Below are positions 17,944-27,926 of a stretch of 55,417 bases of DNA, piece by piece. Origin of the DNA: Actinomycetes bacterium. Lineage in GTDB: Bacteria; Actinomycetota; Actinomycetes; S36-B12; UBA5976. The DNA lies in contig JBAXKB010000006.1 in assembly GCA_037137575.1 (NCBI GenBank), positions 1 through 55,417 on the forward strand, written 5' to 3'. Both the position numbers and the translations under genes were made by a program. The number at the start of each line of letters is the position of its first letter. Positions within the stretch are counted from its first letter, which is position 1. The notes beneath the pieces were generated by a model. That model saw nothing but the letters and a program-made list of their open reading frames with translations, ran no database searches and was not told where the DNA came from.

Positions 17944-18687
17944 TTACTGAGAAATTGCGCCTTGCCATGCTGGCAAGTACATCGAAGATTTAATTTTCAC
18001 ATTCCAGCCAAGCTTTAAGCGATCAACATAATCGCGGTATAGAACTACGCCAGGTTCAGAATAGAGTGCATCCTCTAAATCAGGGATGTTACCGATAGCG
18101 GAAATACGAAAGGGCGGGCTGTACACGCGACCTTGCAAAAGTAAAGTGTTGCCCACACAACGAATAGCCGAGGTGGATATAAGACGCTGGTCCATCACCT
18201 GAATTCCCCGGGCGCCACCACGCCAGAGCGCATTCACCACAGCCTGCACATCTTGTTGATGAACTACCAGATCATCTGGGCCAACTGTTATCGGCAGAAT
18301 TTCGCCTGCTTGATGTGGCGCATCATCTAAGGTAACCATCAGACCTGGTCCTAATAACCCAGTGTTGCCGGCCTGCTCATCAAGTGCCGCCAGTTTTGCA
18401 GTTAGCCTCGCAGGGATATGTTTTCCAGTTAAGTTACTGACTTTGTTATCTAGATTGCCTACATCTTGAGCCAGGCGGGCTACGTTGCCCGCTCGATAAA
18501 TCACTAAGTCGCGTAAATCCTCAACGCCACCAGTGCGTAAGTCGGTACCTGAGGCAGTGACATGGCTAGCGACAAAAAGCAGTCCAGCAACGGCGGCAAC
18601 TAATCCAGCTACCAAGTGCTTAGCCAGATTATGGCGCTGTGGAGTTATCCACAGGGTTTTCCACCGTTGGGGACGAATTACATTCAT
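17944..18687 (-). CDS. DUF881-family membrane protein (Rv0012-like)
   Basis: GPGLMVTLDDAP, VVHQQDVQAVVNALWRGGA and RCVGNTLLL. Confidence 0.88.
   Translation of the reverse strand: MNVIRPQRWKTLWITPQRHNLAKHLVAGLVAAVAGLLFVASHVTASGTDLRTGGVEDLRDLVIYRAGNVARLAQDVGNLDNKVSNLTGKHIPARLTAKLAALDEQAGNTGLLGPGLMVTLDDAPHQAGEILPITVGPDDLVVHQQDVQAVVNALWRGGARGIQVMDQRLISTSAIRCVGNTLLLQGRVYSPPFRISAIGNIPDLEDALYSEPGVVLYRDYVDRLKLGWNVKIKSSMYLPAWQGAISQ
18638..18676. promoter_or_regulatory. Satellite DnaA-box cluster
   Basis: Perfect TTATCCACA at 18645-18653, plus TTTTCCACC at 18657-18665 and weaker flanking matches. Confidence 0.55.
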
Positions 18688-18699
18688 GTAATTCGTTAG

Positions 18700-18963
18700 T
18701 TACTTCCAGCGAGTTGCAAAACCAAACCCGATGCCAATAAAGCCAAAGCCAACCAAGATATTCTGAATATTGTTCAGATCCTTCATTAACGGCACAGTGG
18801 TGCCCGCAAGGTAGAAAATGACAATCCACAGCAGTCCCAAGATGAACATTGTCACCATAGCTGGAGCTAACCAAGCCGGATTACCAAACTTGGCCGACTT
18901 TGGATTGGCAACCGATGGTGGGGTGAAGACTGGCTTATTTTTGCGTGATTTTGAAATTGGCAT
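18700..18963 (-). CDS. crgA: Cell division protein CrgA
   Basis: MPISKSRK, NPAWLAPAM, two TM helices and C-terminal TRWK. Confidence 0.92.
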   Translation of the reverse strand: MPISKSRKNKPVFTPPSVANPKSAKFGNPAWLAPAMVTMFILGLLWIVIFYLAGTTVPLMKDLNNIQNILVGFGFIGIGFGFATRWK

Positions 18964-19048
18964 ACTCAAACCATACCAAAAGAATTTAGATACTGGCAGA
19001 GGGTTCGTGCGATTTACTCCTGCTTTAGCGGGGCAAGATCGGCAGGAT

Positions 19049-19858
19049 TTAACCCAACAGCTGTTGGTAGCGCAAGAAGATCAGGACAATCAGGCCAATG
19101 AAAACCCCGCTTGTGCCAAGTCGCTGCAATACCCGACTAGTGCCTTTTTGATCCTGCACATAAATTGCCGCGATTAAAGCCCCAGTTAGCGCGCCACCAA
19201 GATGTGCTCGCCAATCGATTCCACCCGTGAAACCAAGAGCAGCATTTATTACTAGCAAAACAATTAGCTGAGACACATCGGCCCGCAGGTGTCGGCCAAT
19301 CACAATGGTCGCAGTTAGCAAGCCAAAGATTGCCCCACTAGCTCCGATTGAATTCGAGTTCAGATCTGAAAACCAAAGCCCTAGTGTTGACCCACCAAGC
19401 GCTGATAAAAAGTAAAGACCGAAAAATTGTTTTGAACCCAGCATGCGCTCAAGGTTTGGTCCAAGAATATAAAGTGCATACATATTGAACAGTAAGTGCA
19501 AGATTCCGCCGTGCAGAAATGTTGCTGTGATTACTCGATACCACTGACCTGAAGCCACACCGTACGGCCACATGCCATAACTAAAGTTCCAGTCGTCTAC
19601 GCTGCCGGTAAAGCGAGTGACGAAATAGATAACAACACAGGCAACCAAAATCCAGCGAGTAACTGGTGGAATGCTTGCTAACCAGCCACCGTTTGTTGTT
19701 GGAGTTGCTCTGGTTGCTCGAGGGCTACTCGTGGCCGCGCAACTAGGACACTGAAACCCAACCGGAGCATTGACCATGCAATCAGGGCAGATGAAGGAAC
19801 CACACCTATTGCAGGTAATGCCGGTTAGGCGATCAGAGTGTCGATAGCAGACTGCCAC
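19049..19858 (-). CDS. Rhomboid intramembrane serine protease with N-terminal Zn-finger
   Basis: CYRH..C..C...ICPDC..CPSC, HLLFNM, GASG and AHLGG. Confidence 0.93.
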   Translation of the reverse strand: MAVCYRHSDRLTGITCNRCGSFICPDCMVNAPVGFQCPSCAATSSPRATRATPTTNGGWLASIPPVTRWILVACVVIYFVTRFTGSVDDWNFSYGMWPYGVASGQWYRVITATFLHGGILHLLFNMYALYILGPNLERMLGSKQFFGLYFLSALGGSTLGLWFSDLNSNSIGASGAIFGLLTATIVIGRHLRADVSQLIVLLVINAALGFTGGIDWRAHLGGALTGALIAAIYVQDQKGTSRVLQRLGTSGVFIGLIVLIFLRYQQLLG

Positions 19859-19867
19859 AGTTAGAAC

Positions 19868-20377
19868 CTAGGCAACGGTGACTGAATTAATCACGATATC
19901 TTCAACTGGTCGATCCATCGGACCAACAGCAGCGCTGGCAATTGCGTCAACTACATCGCGGCTTTGCTGATCTGCAACTTCGCCGAAAATTGTGTGTTTG
20001 AAGTTTAGGTGTGGAGTTGGTGTAACTGTAATGAAGAATTGTGAACCGTTTGTGGCTGGTCCCGAATTGGCCATCGCTAAAAGGTACGGGCGATCAAACG
20101 ACAACTCTGGGTGGAACTCATCAGCAAAACGGAAACCTGGGCCACCGGTGCCACGACCTAGTGGATCGCCACCTTGAATCATGAAGCCATCAATTACACG
20201 ATGGAAAACTACACCGTCATAAAGAGGAGTAGTGGTCGCCGCGTTTGTCGCCGGATGGGTCCACTCAACTGTTCCCTGTGCCAGACCTAAAATAGTTGCT
20301 GCAGTCTTAGGTGCATGGGTATCGAAAATGTTTAGGCAGATGTCGCCCTTATTAGTGTGCAATGTCAAAGTTGTCAT
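19868..20377 (-). CDS. ppiA: Cyclophilin-type peptidyl-prolyl isomerase
   Basis: FHRVIDGFMIQGGDP, LAMAN, NGSQFFIT and HTIFG. Confidence 0.97.
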   Translation of the reverse strand: MTTLTLHTNKGDICLNIFDTHAPKTAATILGLAQGTVEWTHPATNAATTTPLYDGVVFHRVIDGFMIQGGDPLGRGTGGPGFRFADEFHPELSFDRPYLLAMANSGPATNGSQFFITVTPTPHLNFKHTIFGEVADQQSRDVVDAIASAAVGPMDRPVEDIVINSVTVA

Positions 20378-20418
20378 GGCTTAATTCTCGCACAAATCTC
20401 TGACTAGTACGAAATGAA

Positions 20419-20452
20419 AAGTGGCCCGCAAGCATCTGCCTGCGAGCCACTT
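20419..20452 (-). terminator. Intrinsic terminator of the rpsF-ssb-rpsR-rplI operon
   Basis: Hairpin AAGTGGC(T)CGCA...TGCG(G)GCCACTT followed by a T-rich tail on the minus strand. Confidence 0.75.
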
Positions 20453-20464
20453 CTTAAGAGATAC

Positions 20465-20908
20465 TTAGCTCTTTGCTCCACGAACATCAAGAGTCACATC
20501 AGCCACAACGTCAGCAGTTAGCTGAACTCGCACTGAATGACGTCCTGTTGTCTTGATTGGTGCACTTAGTAGCACTTTGCGCTTGTCTACAGATGCAGTG
20601 GTTATTGCAGATGCAACATCGGCAACGGTAACCGAGCCGAATAGACGACCTGCTTCGCCAGCACGCACAGCTAGTACAACTGGTGTGGATTCAAGAGCAG
20701 CCTTGATTTCAAGGGCATGATCATGATCGCGAACCGCACGCTTATTACGCGCACGCTTGATGGTTGTAACCTGCTTCTCGCCGCCACGAGTCCATGCAGT
20801 TGCAAGGCCCTGTGGCACTAGGAAGTTACGGCCGTAACCATCTTTTACTTCTACAACGTCGCCGGCTGAACCGAGACCTGATACTTCTTGAGTCAAAATA
20901 AGTTTCAT
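20465..20908 (-). CDS. rplI: 50S ribosomal protein L9
   Basis: [24 protein letters not shown] and LFGSVT. Confidence 0.97.
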   Translation of the reverse strand: MKLILTQEVSGLGSAGDVVEVKDGYGRNFLVPQGLATAWTRGGEKQVTTIKRARNKRAVRDHDHALEIKAALESTPVVLAVRAGEAGRLFGSVTVADVASAITTASVDKRKVLLSAPIKTTGRHSVRVQLTADVVADVTLDVRGAKS

Positions 20909-20920
20909 GTCAGCTCCTCC

Positions 20921-21157
20921 TTAGCGTGCGCTTGAGGTGTAAGGCAGCAATGCGATTTCGCGAGCATTCTTTACAGAATTTGCGATATCGCGCTGATGCT
21001 GGGTGCAGTTACCGGTTACGCGACGAGCACGAATCTTGCCGCGATCTGAGATGAACTTACGAAGAGTCGTAATGTCCTTGTAGTCGATAGGTGCTGCGTC
21101 TTCACGACAGAAAGCGCAAACCTTCTTCTTGAATTTCTTTACTGGTGGCTTAGCCAT
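20921..21157 (-). CDS. rpsR: 30S ribosomal protein S18 (Zn-binding form)
   Basis: CAFC...IDYKD...[18 protein letters not shown]. Confidence 0.97.
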   Translation of the reverse strand: MAKPPVKKFKKKVCAFCREDAAPIDYKDITTLRKFISDRGKIRARRVTGNCTQHQRDIANSVKNAREIALLPYTSSAR

Positions 21158-21214
21158 TGTGGTGCTCCTTCCAGAGCCCGGACCGTTCCGGAATGGTAGA
21201 TGGTTGAATACTGA

Positions 21215-21670
21215 TTAAAACGGAGGCTCATCCATTGGCGCTGGTGCGGCCCATGGATCGTCTGCCGGTGCGGCGCTTGCGTTGGAGCCGCCGTTTTCGC
21301 TACGGGCCACACGAGTGACCTTTGCTGTTGCATTACGTAAAACTGGACCGACATCGTCAACATCCATCTCAACCACAGAGCGCTTTTCGCCCTCTTTGGT
21401 TTCGTATGAACGCTGCTTCAAGCGACCGGTAACAATTACGCGGGTGCCTTTGGTCAATGACTCGGCAACGTTTTCGGCGTACTGACGCCAAACGCTGCAA
21501 CGAAGGAACAAAGTGTCTCCGTCTTTCCATTCATTGGTGTTGCGGTCTAGAACACGAGTTGTTGATGCAACAGTGAATGAGGCAACAGCCGCACCATTTG
21601 GGGTGAACCGAAGTTCCGGATCACCAGTTAGATTTCCAGTTACTGTGACTGTGACATCGCCTTGTGCCAT
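21215..21670 (-). CDS. ssb: Single-stranded DNA-binding protein
   Basis: [12 protein letters not shown] and C-terminal DEPPF. Confidence 0.97.
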   Translation of the reverse strand: MAQGDVTVTVTGNLTGDPELRFTPNGAAVASFTVASTTRVLDRNTNEWKDGDTLFLRCSVWRQYAENVAESLTKGTRVIVTGRLKQRSYETKEGEKRSVVEMDVDDVGPVLRNATAKVTRVARSENGGSNASAAPADDPWAAPAPMDEPPF

Positions 21671-21678
21671 GACAAGCC

Positions 21679-21969
21679 TTACTTTTTATCAACCCGAATG
21701 ACCTTTGTGCGAAGCACAGATTCATTCAGTGAAAGTTGACGGTCGAGTTCGGATACGGCTGCAGGAGTGCAATCAATGTTTAGGAGCGCGTAAATGCCAT
21801 CGCCCTTTTTGTTGATTTCGTATGCCAAACGGCGGCGACCCCAAATATCGACATTGCGAACAGTTCCGCCATCGTTTTTGACAACATTTAGGAATGTGTC
21901 TAGTGATGGAGCAACGGTGCGCTCTTCGAGTTCTGGGTCAAGGATTACGACTACTTCGTAGTTACGCAT
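21679..21969 (-). CDS. rpsF: 30S ribosomal protein S6
   Basis: [22 protein letters not shown] and RBS AGGAGG. Confidence 0.97.
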   Translation of the reverse strand: MRNYEVVVILDPELEERTVAPSLDTFLNVVKNDGGTVRNVDIWGRRRLAYEINKKGDGIYALLNIDCTPAAVSELDRQLSLNESVLRTKVIRVDKK

Positions 21970-21980
21970 ACTGATACCCA

Positions 21981-22023
21981 CCTCCTATGGACTACTCGGC
22001 CACGGTCTTTCCGTGGCAGGAGG
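21981..22023 (-). promoter_or_regulatory. S6:S18-type ribosomal protein leader RNA
   Basis: CCUCCU pairs with the SD AGGAGG. Inner hairpin GCCACGG-AAAGA-CCGUGGC is followed by an unpaired C-containing internal loop, directly upstream of rpsF. Confidence 0.7.
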
Positions 22024-22100
22024 GATCAAGGTTCTAAGCATAAATGACAAAGCCCTAGAACTAAAACTCGTATTTCCACCAGCCCGAGTACCCTTAGATA

Positions 22101-22883
22101 ATGAGCAACATTGCAATCGGCGCCCATATTGGCTCAGATGACCCAATTACTGACGCAAAAGCCTTAAATATCCCGCATATTCAGCTTTTTTGTGGTGAAC
22201 CCCAGACGTTCAAGGCCGCGGTTTTCCCACATCCTGGCGGGGCCCAAGGCTTAAAAGCACAAGCAGAAGCTGAAAACATTGGGATCTATGTGCACGCTCG
22301 CTATGTAATCAATGTGGCTAGCCCGAATAATAAGGTGCGAATTCCTAGTCGAAAGCTCTTGCAAACAGATGTTGATGCGGCCGCCGAAATTGGAGCCCGA
22401 GCCGTAATTGTGCATGGCGGACACATCACGCAAGAAGATGATCCAACGCTTGGGTTTGAGAATTGGGTTAAGGCGCTATCTGGTTTGGATATGAAAGTTC
22501 CAGTTTTGATTGAGAACACTGCTGGTGGCAATCATGCAATGGCTCGGCACTTCGACACCATCGCACGGCTTTGGGATTTCGTTGGCGACACCGGCGTTGG
22601 CTTCTGTCTAGATACCTGCCATGCGCACGCAGGTGGTATCAGCATGAATGATGTTGCTGAAAAAATTATTGGCATAACCGGCGGCATCGACTTAGTGCAC
22701 TGCAACGACAGTCGCGATGAGTTTGCTTCTGGTAGAGATCGCCATGCCAACCTCGGTGAAGGCAACATCGCTATGGATGACATCTTGCACTGTTTAACCA
22801 CTGCGAACGCACCGGTGATTTTGGAAACACCGAGTGAAGGTGTTCTCGCCGACATTGCACTTCTAAATAGTTCGTTGAACTAA
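22101..22883 (+). CDS. nfo: Endonuclease IV (AP endonuclease 2 family)
   Basis: IGAH, VHGGH, ENTAG, CLDTCH, HCNDS, DRHAN and ILETP. Confidence 0.93.
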   Translation: MSNIAIGAHIGSDDPITDAKALNIPHIQLFCGEPQTFKAAVFPHPGGAQGLKAQAEAENIGIYVHARYVINVASPNNKVRIPSRKLLQTDVDAAAEIGARAVIVHGGHITQEDDPTLGFENWVKALSGLDMKVPVLIENTAGGNHAMARHFDTIARLWDFVGDTGVGFCLDTCHAHAGGISMNDVAEKIIGITGGIDLVHCNDSRDEFASGRDRHANLGEGNIAMDDILHCLTTANAPVILETPSEGVLADIALLNSSLN

Positions 22884-22905
22884 AGCAGTCGGTAGGTTTA
22901 ATCAC

Positions 22906-24027
22906 ATGGATGTGCGACTCATTACTTCAGAAGAACATCTGACTTATATAAATTCGCGTCCAAGTGTTTCATTTTTGCAAACTCCAGCCTGGGGCATTGT
23001 GAAACGTGATTGGTTAGCAAAATCACTTGGCTGGTTCGATGGTGACGAATTAGTTGGAGCAGGGCTTCTTCTTACTCGTAAATTACCTAAGGTCGACCGG
23101 TACTTTGGCTATCTGCCAGAAGGTCCTGATCTGTCGTGGGAAAATCCAGAAATAGTGGCCGCGGCTTTGCCGGCTTTAGTTAGTTTTGCCAAAGCCAACA
23201 ATATTTTTCAACTGAAAATCGGACCGCATGTCTGGGCCCGTACTTGGGAAAACGAAAACCTAAAAGATGCCATTTCTGGCGAACAAGCAAAGAAGATCAG
23301 CGAACTCAAGTCTGACGAAGTAAATGCAGCAGCAAAGCAACTAGTTGGAGTTTTAACGCGAAGCGGCTGGAAGCAACCAAGCGCAAGCGAAGCAGAGTTT
23401 GGTGACTTTCAACCGCGCTTTGTGTTTCAACTGAACTTAAGTAATAAAACTGAAGAGGAACTTTTACAGGGATTCAACCAGCTGTGGCGACGAAATATTC
23501 GAAAAGCAGAAAAGTCTGGTGTTCGCATCCGCATCGGTGGCTACGACGATATTCCGGCTTTCCATAATTGCTACGTTGAAACAGCTAAGCGCGATGGATT
23601 CACGCCTCGTCCAATGGAGTATTTTCAGCAAATGTACAAAGCCATGAAAGCTGAAGATCAGAATCGGATCGAACTATTTATCGCCGAGCATGACGATCAT
23701 GATGGCGCCATTGCTGCAACCACCCTAACCCGTGTTGGCGAACACGCTTGGTATTCATATGGAGCATCTACTACTGCGGCGCGCGATTTGCGACCGAGCA
23801 ATGCGATTCAGTGGGCGATGATTAGCCATGCGCGCGATGCCGGTTGCGCAACATACGACCTTCGTGGAATTTCTGAGACATTAGACACAAGCAATCATCT
23901 GTTCGGACTAATTCAATTCAAACTCGGTACTGGCGGATATGCTCAAGAGTATGTCGGGGAATGGGATTACAACGTTTCACCGTTACTGGCTAAAGCATTC
24001 ACGTTCTACATGGGACGCCGGAGATAA
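22906..24027 (+). CDS. femX: FemABX-family lipid II peptidyl (glycyl) transferase
   Basis: SFLQTPAW, YLPEGP, WRRNIRKA, WYSYGAS, YDLRG and FKLGTGG. Confidence 0.9.
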   Translation: MDVRLITSEEHLTYINSRPSVSFLQTPAWGIVKRDWLAKSLGWFDGDELVGAGLLLTRKLPKVDRYFGYLPEGPDLSWENPEIVAAALPALVSFAKANNIFQLKIGPHVWARTWENENLKDAISGEQAKKISELKSDEVNAAAKQLVGVLTRSGWKQPSASEAEFGDFQPRFVFQLNLSNKTEEELLQGFNQLWRRNIRKAEKSGVRIRIGGYDDIPAFHNCYVETAKRDGFTPRPMEYFQQMYKAMKAEDQNRIELFIAEHDDHDGAIAATTLTRVGEHAWYSYGASTTAARDLRPSNAIQWAMISHARDAGCATYDLRGISETLDTSNHLFGLIQFKLGTGGYAQEYVGEWDYNVSPLLAKAFTFYMGRRR

Positions 24028-24030
24028 GTT

Positions 24031-25149
24031 ATGACATTCGCACTTACCGTAGATGCGCATAAGTTTCGCTCGCATTTAAGCAGTGTTATCGCCCAGTATC
24101 AAGATGCCGGGGCCGAGGTGCTTCCCGTTATTAAAGGCAACGGGTACGGCTTTGGACGTAGTTTACTTGCGCATGAAGTCACTAAGTTGTCCCTCGAGCA
24201 AGTTTGTATTGGCACAATTTGGGAAGCCCAGGAAGTACTTGAAAACTTCAACGGACAAGTTGTAGTTCTTGAGCCGATTAGTTCAACTGACACATTAGCT
24301 AGTACACATTGGACATCACTTCTGGAAGAACACTCTGACCGCTTGATTGCTGTGGTTAGCACAACAGAATTGGATGTCGCCCAAAAAATCGGAGTTAAGA
24401 AAGTTTGGGTTGAAGCGCTGACTTCAATGAATCGCTTTGGTCTTGCGCCACATCAAATTGCTGAAGTACTCAAGAAACTGGACCAGGACATATCCGTTGT
24501 CGGATTTTCATTGCACTTACCTATCGTTGCGCCAACTATTAATAAATTGACCAAGTTTGAAACATCAGGGGTGAATACCAGCTCGAACAAAGTTCGCGAA
24601 ATTGTGGGCTGGATTTCGTGGTTTAGTGACATAGCTGAAAGTGCAAGTGAACCAATTCCGATTAGCGTCTCGCATTTGAGCGCCACTGAGCTCGCACAAA
24701 TAAAGCGTGAGCGCCCTGATGTAAGAATACAAATTAGATTAGGTACCTCGCTTTGGCTTGGCAATTCAAATGCGCTTTCAGTTACTGGAACAGTCTTGGC
24801 AGTTCATGAGATTGCTGACAACGAAAAAGCTGGCTACCAGCAAAATTCTGGTGGGCGAAAATTAGTTGTAGTAAGTGGCGGCACTGCGCATGGAGTCGCG
24901 CTTTCCGCGCCGATTACTGCATCAAGTTTGCGCAAGCGTGGAATCGCTGTTGTTGAGGGACTTGCCCAGGCAGTTGGCAAAATACGATCGCCATTTACCT
25001 TTAAGGGAAGCAATTTAAATTTTGTCGAACCACCGCACATGCAAGTATCGATGCTGTGGGCTGATAACTGCGCGATAAATGTTGGCGATGAGATTGCTTG
25101 CACTGTTCGAAATACAACTGCAAATTTTGATGCAGTGATCTGGAAATAA
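24031..25149 (+). CDS. Alanine-racemase-like PLP enzyme
   Basis: PVIKGNGYGFG PLP-lysine motif, TSMNRFG, RLGTSLW and EPPHMQVSM. Conserved next to femX in actinomycetes. Confidence 0.85.
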   Translation: MTFALTVDAHKFRSHLSSVIAQYQDAGAEVLPVIKGNGYGFGRSLLAHEVTKLSLEQVCIGTIWEAQEVLENFNGQVVVLEPISSTDTLASTHWTSLLEEHSDRLIAVVSTTELDVAQKIGVKKVWVEALTSMNRFGLAPHQIAEVLKKLDQDISVVGFSLHLPIVAPTINKLTKFETSGVNTSSNKVREIVGWISWFSDIAESASEPIPISVSHLSATELAQIKRERPDVRIQIRLGTSLWLGNSNALSVTGTVLAVHEIADNEKAGYQQNSGGRKLVVVSGGTAHGVALSAPITASSLRKRGIAVVEGLAQAVGKIRSPFTFKGSNLNFVEPPHMQVSMLWADNCAINVGDEIACTVRNTTANFDAVIWK

Positions 25150-25150
25150 A

Positions 25151-27412
25151 CTACGGCGCAATATTTGACGTCGTAAGCACAACCGTAGTTCCCCTAGGCA
25201 AAATGGTATTGCCGGTTGGTGACTGACTAATTACATACATCGGCAGCGCCGGGTCACTGCCATCAATAGGCGAAAGAACTGGATTGAACCCTAAAGCGAT
25301 TAATAAATTGCTTGCGGAAGTGTCTAAAACTCCACCGGTTGACGAGTTGGTTACGTCCGGTAAAAGTGCATGATTTTTATCAATTGGGGTTGGACTACTA
25401 GAAGAGCTTTGTGTTGGCTGATTAGTCGGGGACACACTTGGTATGGCTGTTGAAGTTACCGATGCTGATGGCACCGCGGTCACCCACACATTTGCACTTG
25501 GTGATGGCTTGCCCGGCTTCAAGGTACTTAATGGGCCTTTGGGTAGCGGCGCAAACTGAGTAACTTTTGTTCCGACCAATGCACCTTTCATGTACGCAGT
25601 CCAGATGCGCGCTGGGAAAGAGCCGCCAGTTACTTTATACATTCCACCAGTTCCGGCTAGGGAAATTGGATTGCCGTTGGCATCGTCTTTAACAAGCATC
25701 ACTGATGTTGCCAGTTCTGGTGTAAAACCAGAGAACCAAGCCGACATGTTGTCATTTGTTGTTCCGGTTTTACCGGCTGCCGGTCTACCTAACGCACGAG
25801 CGGCAAAACCAGTACCAACTTGAACAACTTTCTGTAGCGCGTAACTTACAGTGTCAGCAACAGGGGCGCTAAACGCCTGCTTTGTTGTTGGCTTCAGTTC
25901 AAAAACTTTTTTTCCCGAAAGGTCAATGATCCTTTTGATGTAAACAGGACTTGCCTGAATACCATGTGCGGCAAAGGTTGCGTAAGCCCCAGCTTCGTCA
26001 ACAACATGTGGGCTCGCAGTTCCTAGAGTGAGCGTCAATCCAGCGTTTAATCCAGCCGTGTTTTCCGGCATTCCAGCGCGCTTTACTGCATCCAATACAG
26101 TTTCGGTGCCAATGCGATCAGCACATTGCACGAATGCCGAGTTAACTGAATGCTCAGTAGCCGTTAGCAGGCTAATGTTTCCACTCCACGATTCACCGCC
26201 GTAATTAGTTACCTGGTAATTTCGGACATACGTGCCATTGCGTCCACTAAACATGGAATTTAATGTGAAACCATTTTCAAATGCCGAAGCAAGTGTGAAC
26301 GGTTTAAATGTTGAACCACCTTGGCCGATGGCTTGGGTTGCATTATTTAGTTGGTCTTTTAAATAATCCGCGCCACCATAAATTGCGACAACTTCACCAG
26401 TGCCTGGTCTAACTGAGGCAAGACCAATACGTAATCCAGAATTTCCTGATGTTGGGCCCTGACTTTGAACAGCTGCGATAGCCGAGTCTTCTGCCTGTTT
26501 ATTGAAAGTTGTGGTGATTCGATACCCAGAAAGATTCAGTTCATTTTCAGTTACACCCTGTTTATACAGTGCCTGTCGAGCTTGCTCCAATAGGAATCCG
26601 CGCGGACCAGAAAATGAGTTTGGTAAAGAATATTTACGAACATGCGGGAAAACCTGGGCATCCCTTTGTGCTTTTGTTAGCCAGCCTTGGGTAACCATGC
26701 CATCTAGAACATAGTTCCAACGAAATTTCAGACCGGCCAAATTAGACTCTGGTGCTAACCCATTTGGTGCTTGAATAATTGCCGCAAGCATCGCAGACTG
26801 CGAAATATTTAGTTCGTAAGTGTCCTTACCGAAATATTGATTTGCCGCAGTCTCAATCCCATAAGCACCGCGGCCAAAATAAATTGTGTTCAGGTAGTCT
26901 TCAAGAATTTTGTCTTTACTTATTGTGCTTTCAAGTTTGATTGAAAGGATTAGCTCTTTGAGCTTTCGGGTAAAGGTACGGCTCTGTGTTAAGTAGGCAT
27001 TCTTGGCATACTGCTGTGTGATTGTTGAACCACCTTGTTGTGCGGAGCCCTTGATGTTGTTCAGCAGTGCGCGGGCAAGACCGCGGTAGGAAACTCCACC
27101 ATGTTCGTAATACTGACGGTCTTCAGCAGCTAAAACTGCGTGCTGCGTAATTAGTGGAACTCGCTTCAAAGGAACAGAGATCCGATTGGTCGTACCGATA
27201 CGGCCGAGTTCTGTTTTTCCGTCGTCATAATAAAAAATCGTCGTCTGCGATTGTGCTAACGAATTTGCTGGTGGAACTGAAATGAACTTCACCGAAAGAA
27301 ACAGTGCAAGGAACAGAAGTGCTACGCCAGTTATACCTAGTCCAAAAATTAACCGCCAAGATGGAATCCATCGACGAATACCAGTTCGGCCACGCCGTGG
27401 ATAGTTAATCAC
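25151..27412 (-). CDS. ponA: Class A penicillin-binding protein (transglycosylase/transpeptidase)
   Basis: AEDRQYYEHGG, GGSTITQQYAKN, RKLKE, STFK, SVN, KTGT, then a Ser/Pro/Thr linker and a PASTA-like C-terminus. Confidence 0.95.
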   Translation of the reverse strand: MINYPRRGRTGIRRWIPSWRLIFGLGITGVALLFLALFLSVKFISVPPANSLAQSQTTIFYYDDGKTELGRIGTTNRISVPLKRVPLITQHAVLAAEDRQYYEHGGVSYRGLARALLNNIKGSAQQGGSTITQQYAKNAYLTQSRTFTRKLKELILSIKLESTISKDKILEDYLNTIYFGRGAYGIETAANQYFGKDTYELNISQSAMLAAIIQAPNGLAPESNLAGLKFRWNYVLDGMVTQGWLTKAQRDAQVFPHVRKYSLPNSFSGPRGFLLEQARQALYKQGVTENELNLSGYRITTTFNKQAEDSAIAAVQSQGPTSGNSGLRIGLASVRPGTGEVVAIYGGADYLKDQLNNATQAIGQGGSTFKPFTLASAFENGFTLNSMFSGRNGTYVRNYQVTNYGGESWSGNISLLTATEHSVNSAFVQCADRIGTETVLDAVKRAGMPENTAGLNAGLTLTLGTASPHVVDEAGAYATFAAHGIQASPVYIKRIIDLSGKKVFELKPTTKQAFSAPVADTVSYALQKVVQVGTGFAARALGRPAAGKTGTTNDNMSAWFSGFTPELATSVMLVKDDANGNPISLAGTGGMYKVTGGSFPARIWTAYMKGALVGTKVTQFAPLPKGPLSTLKPGKPSPSANVWVTAVPSASVTSTAIPSVSPTNQPTQSSSSSPTPIDKNHALLPDVTNSSTGGVLDTSASNLLIALGFNPVLSPIDGSDPALPMYVISQSPTGNTILPRGTTVVLTTSNIAP

Positions 27413-27416
27413 TTAT

Positions 27417-27926
27417 CTATTCCAACACATCTTTTGGTTTTCGCGGTATTGGACGTGACTTGCCGTCGCCTAACGCATAAGAAAGATACAGATGGTTCCA
27501 TTCGCAACGCTGACAAACTTCAACGACATAAATTTGGAAGTGCCCGTATTCAAATGCCATTTCGGTCAATTCGGTTGATGACTTGATCCGGCCAGATTGG
27601 TAACCCAAGTCGTCACCAAAAACATATGTGACATGAACTAGTTCACTTTTTGCGCAGATTGGGCAGTTGCGTTCGGTTTGTTCGCCATGATGTTGCGCTG
27701 CCCGAAGCAGGTAAGGATCGGCGTCACAAATCTGTGCACTCATAAGTGCGTTTCGCTTCAGTTCCTCAAGGACTGCTCGGCGAGCTAAAACATAATCGAG
27801 AATATTGCGCGGTCTAGCCGGATCAGCGACTTCCTGCGCTGGGTAAGGGACCTGGCGCGGCGCGGCAGTAAAACCGCCACCTATGCGATATCCCTTAATA
27901 CTTGGGGTATTTCCCGACTTAGCCAC
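27417..27926 (-). CDS. DUF5318-family protein (Rv0049-like)
   Basis: DYVLARRA, CDADPYLLRAA, CPIC and VVEVCQRCEWNHL. Confidence 0.88.
   Translation of the reverse strand: MAKSGNTPSIKGYRIGGGFTAAPRQVPYPAQEVADPARPRNILDYVLARRAVLEELKRNALMSAQICDADPYLLRAAQHHGEQTERNCPICAKSELVHVTYVFGDDLGYQSGRIKSSTELTEMAFEYGHFQIYVVEVCQRCEWNHLYLSYALGDGKSRPIPRKPKDVLE

Noticed and set aside
18818-19177. 119-aa plus-strand ORF
   Set aside because: It is antisense to the well-supported crgA and rhomboid genes.
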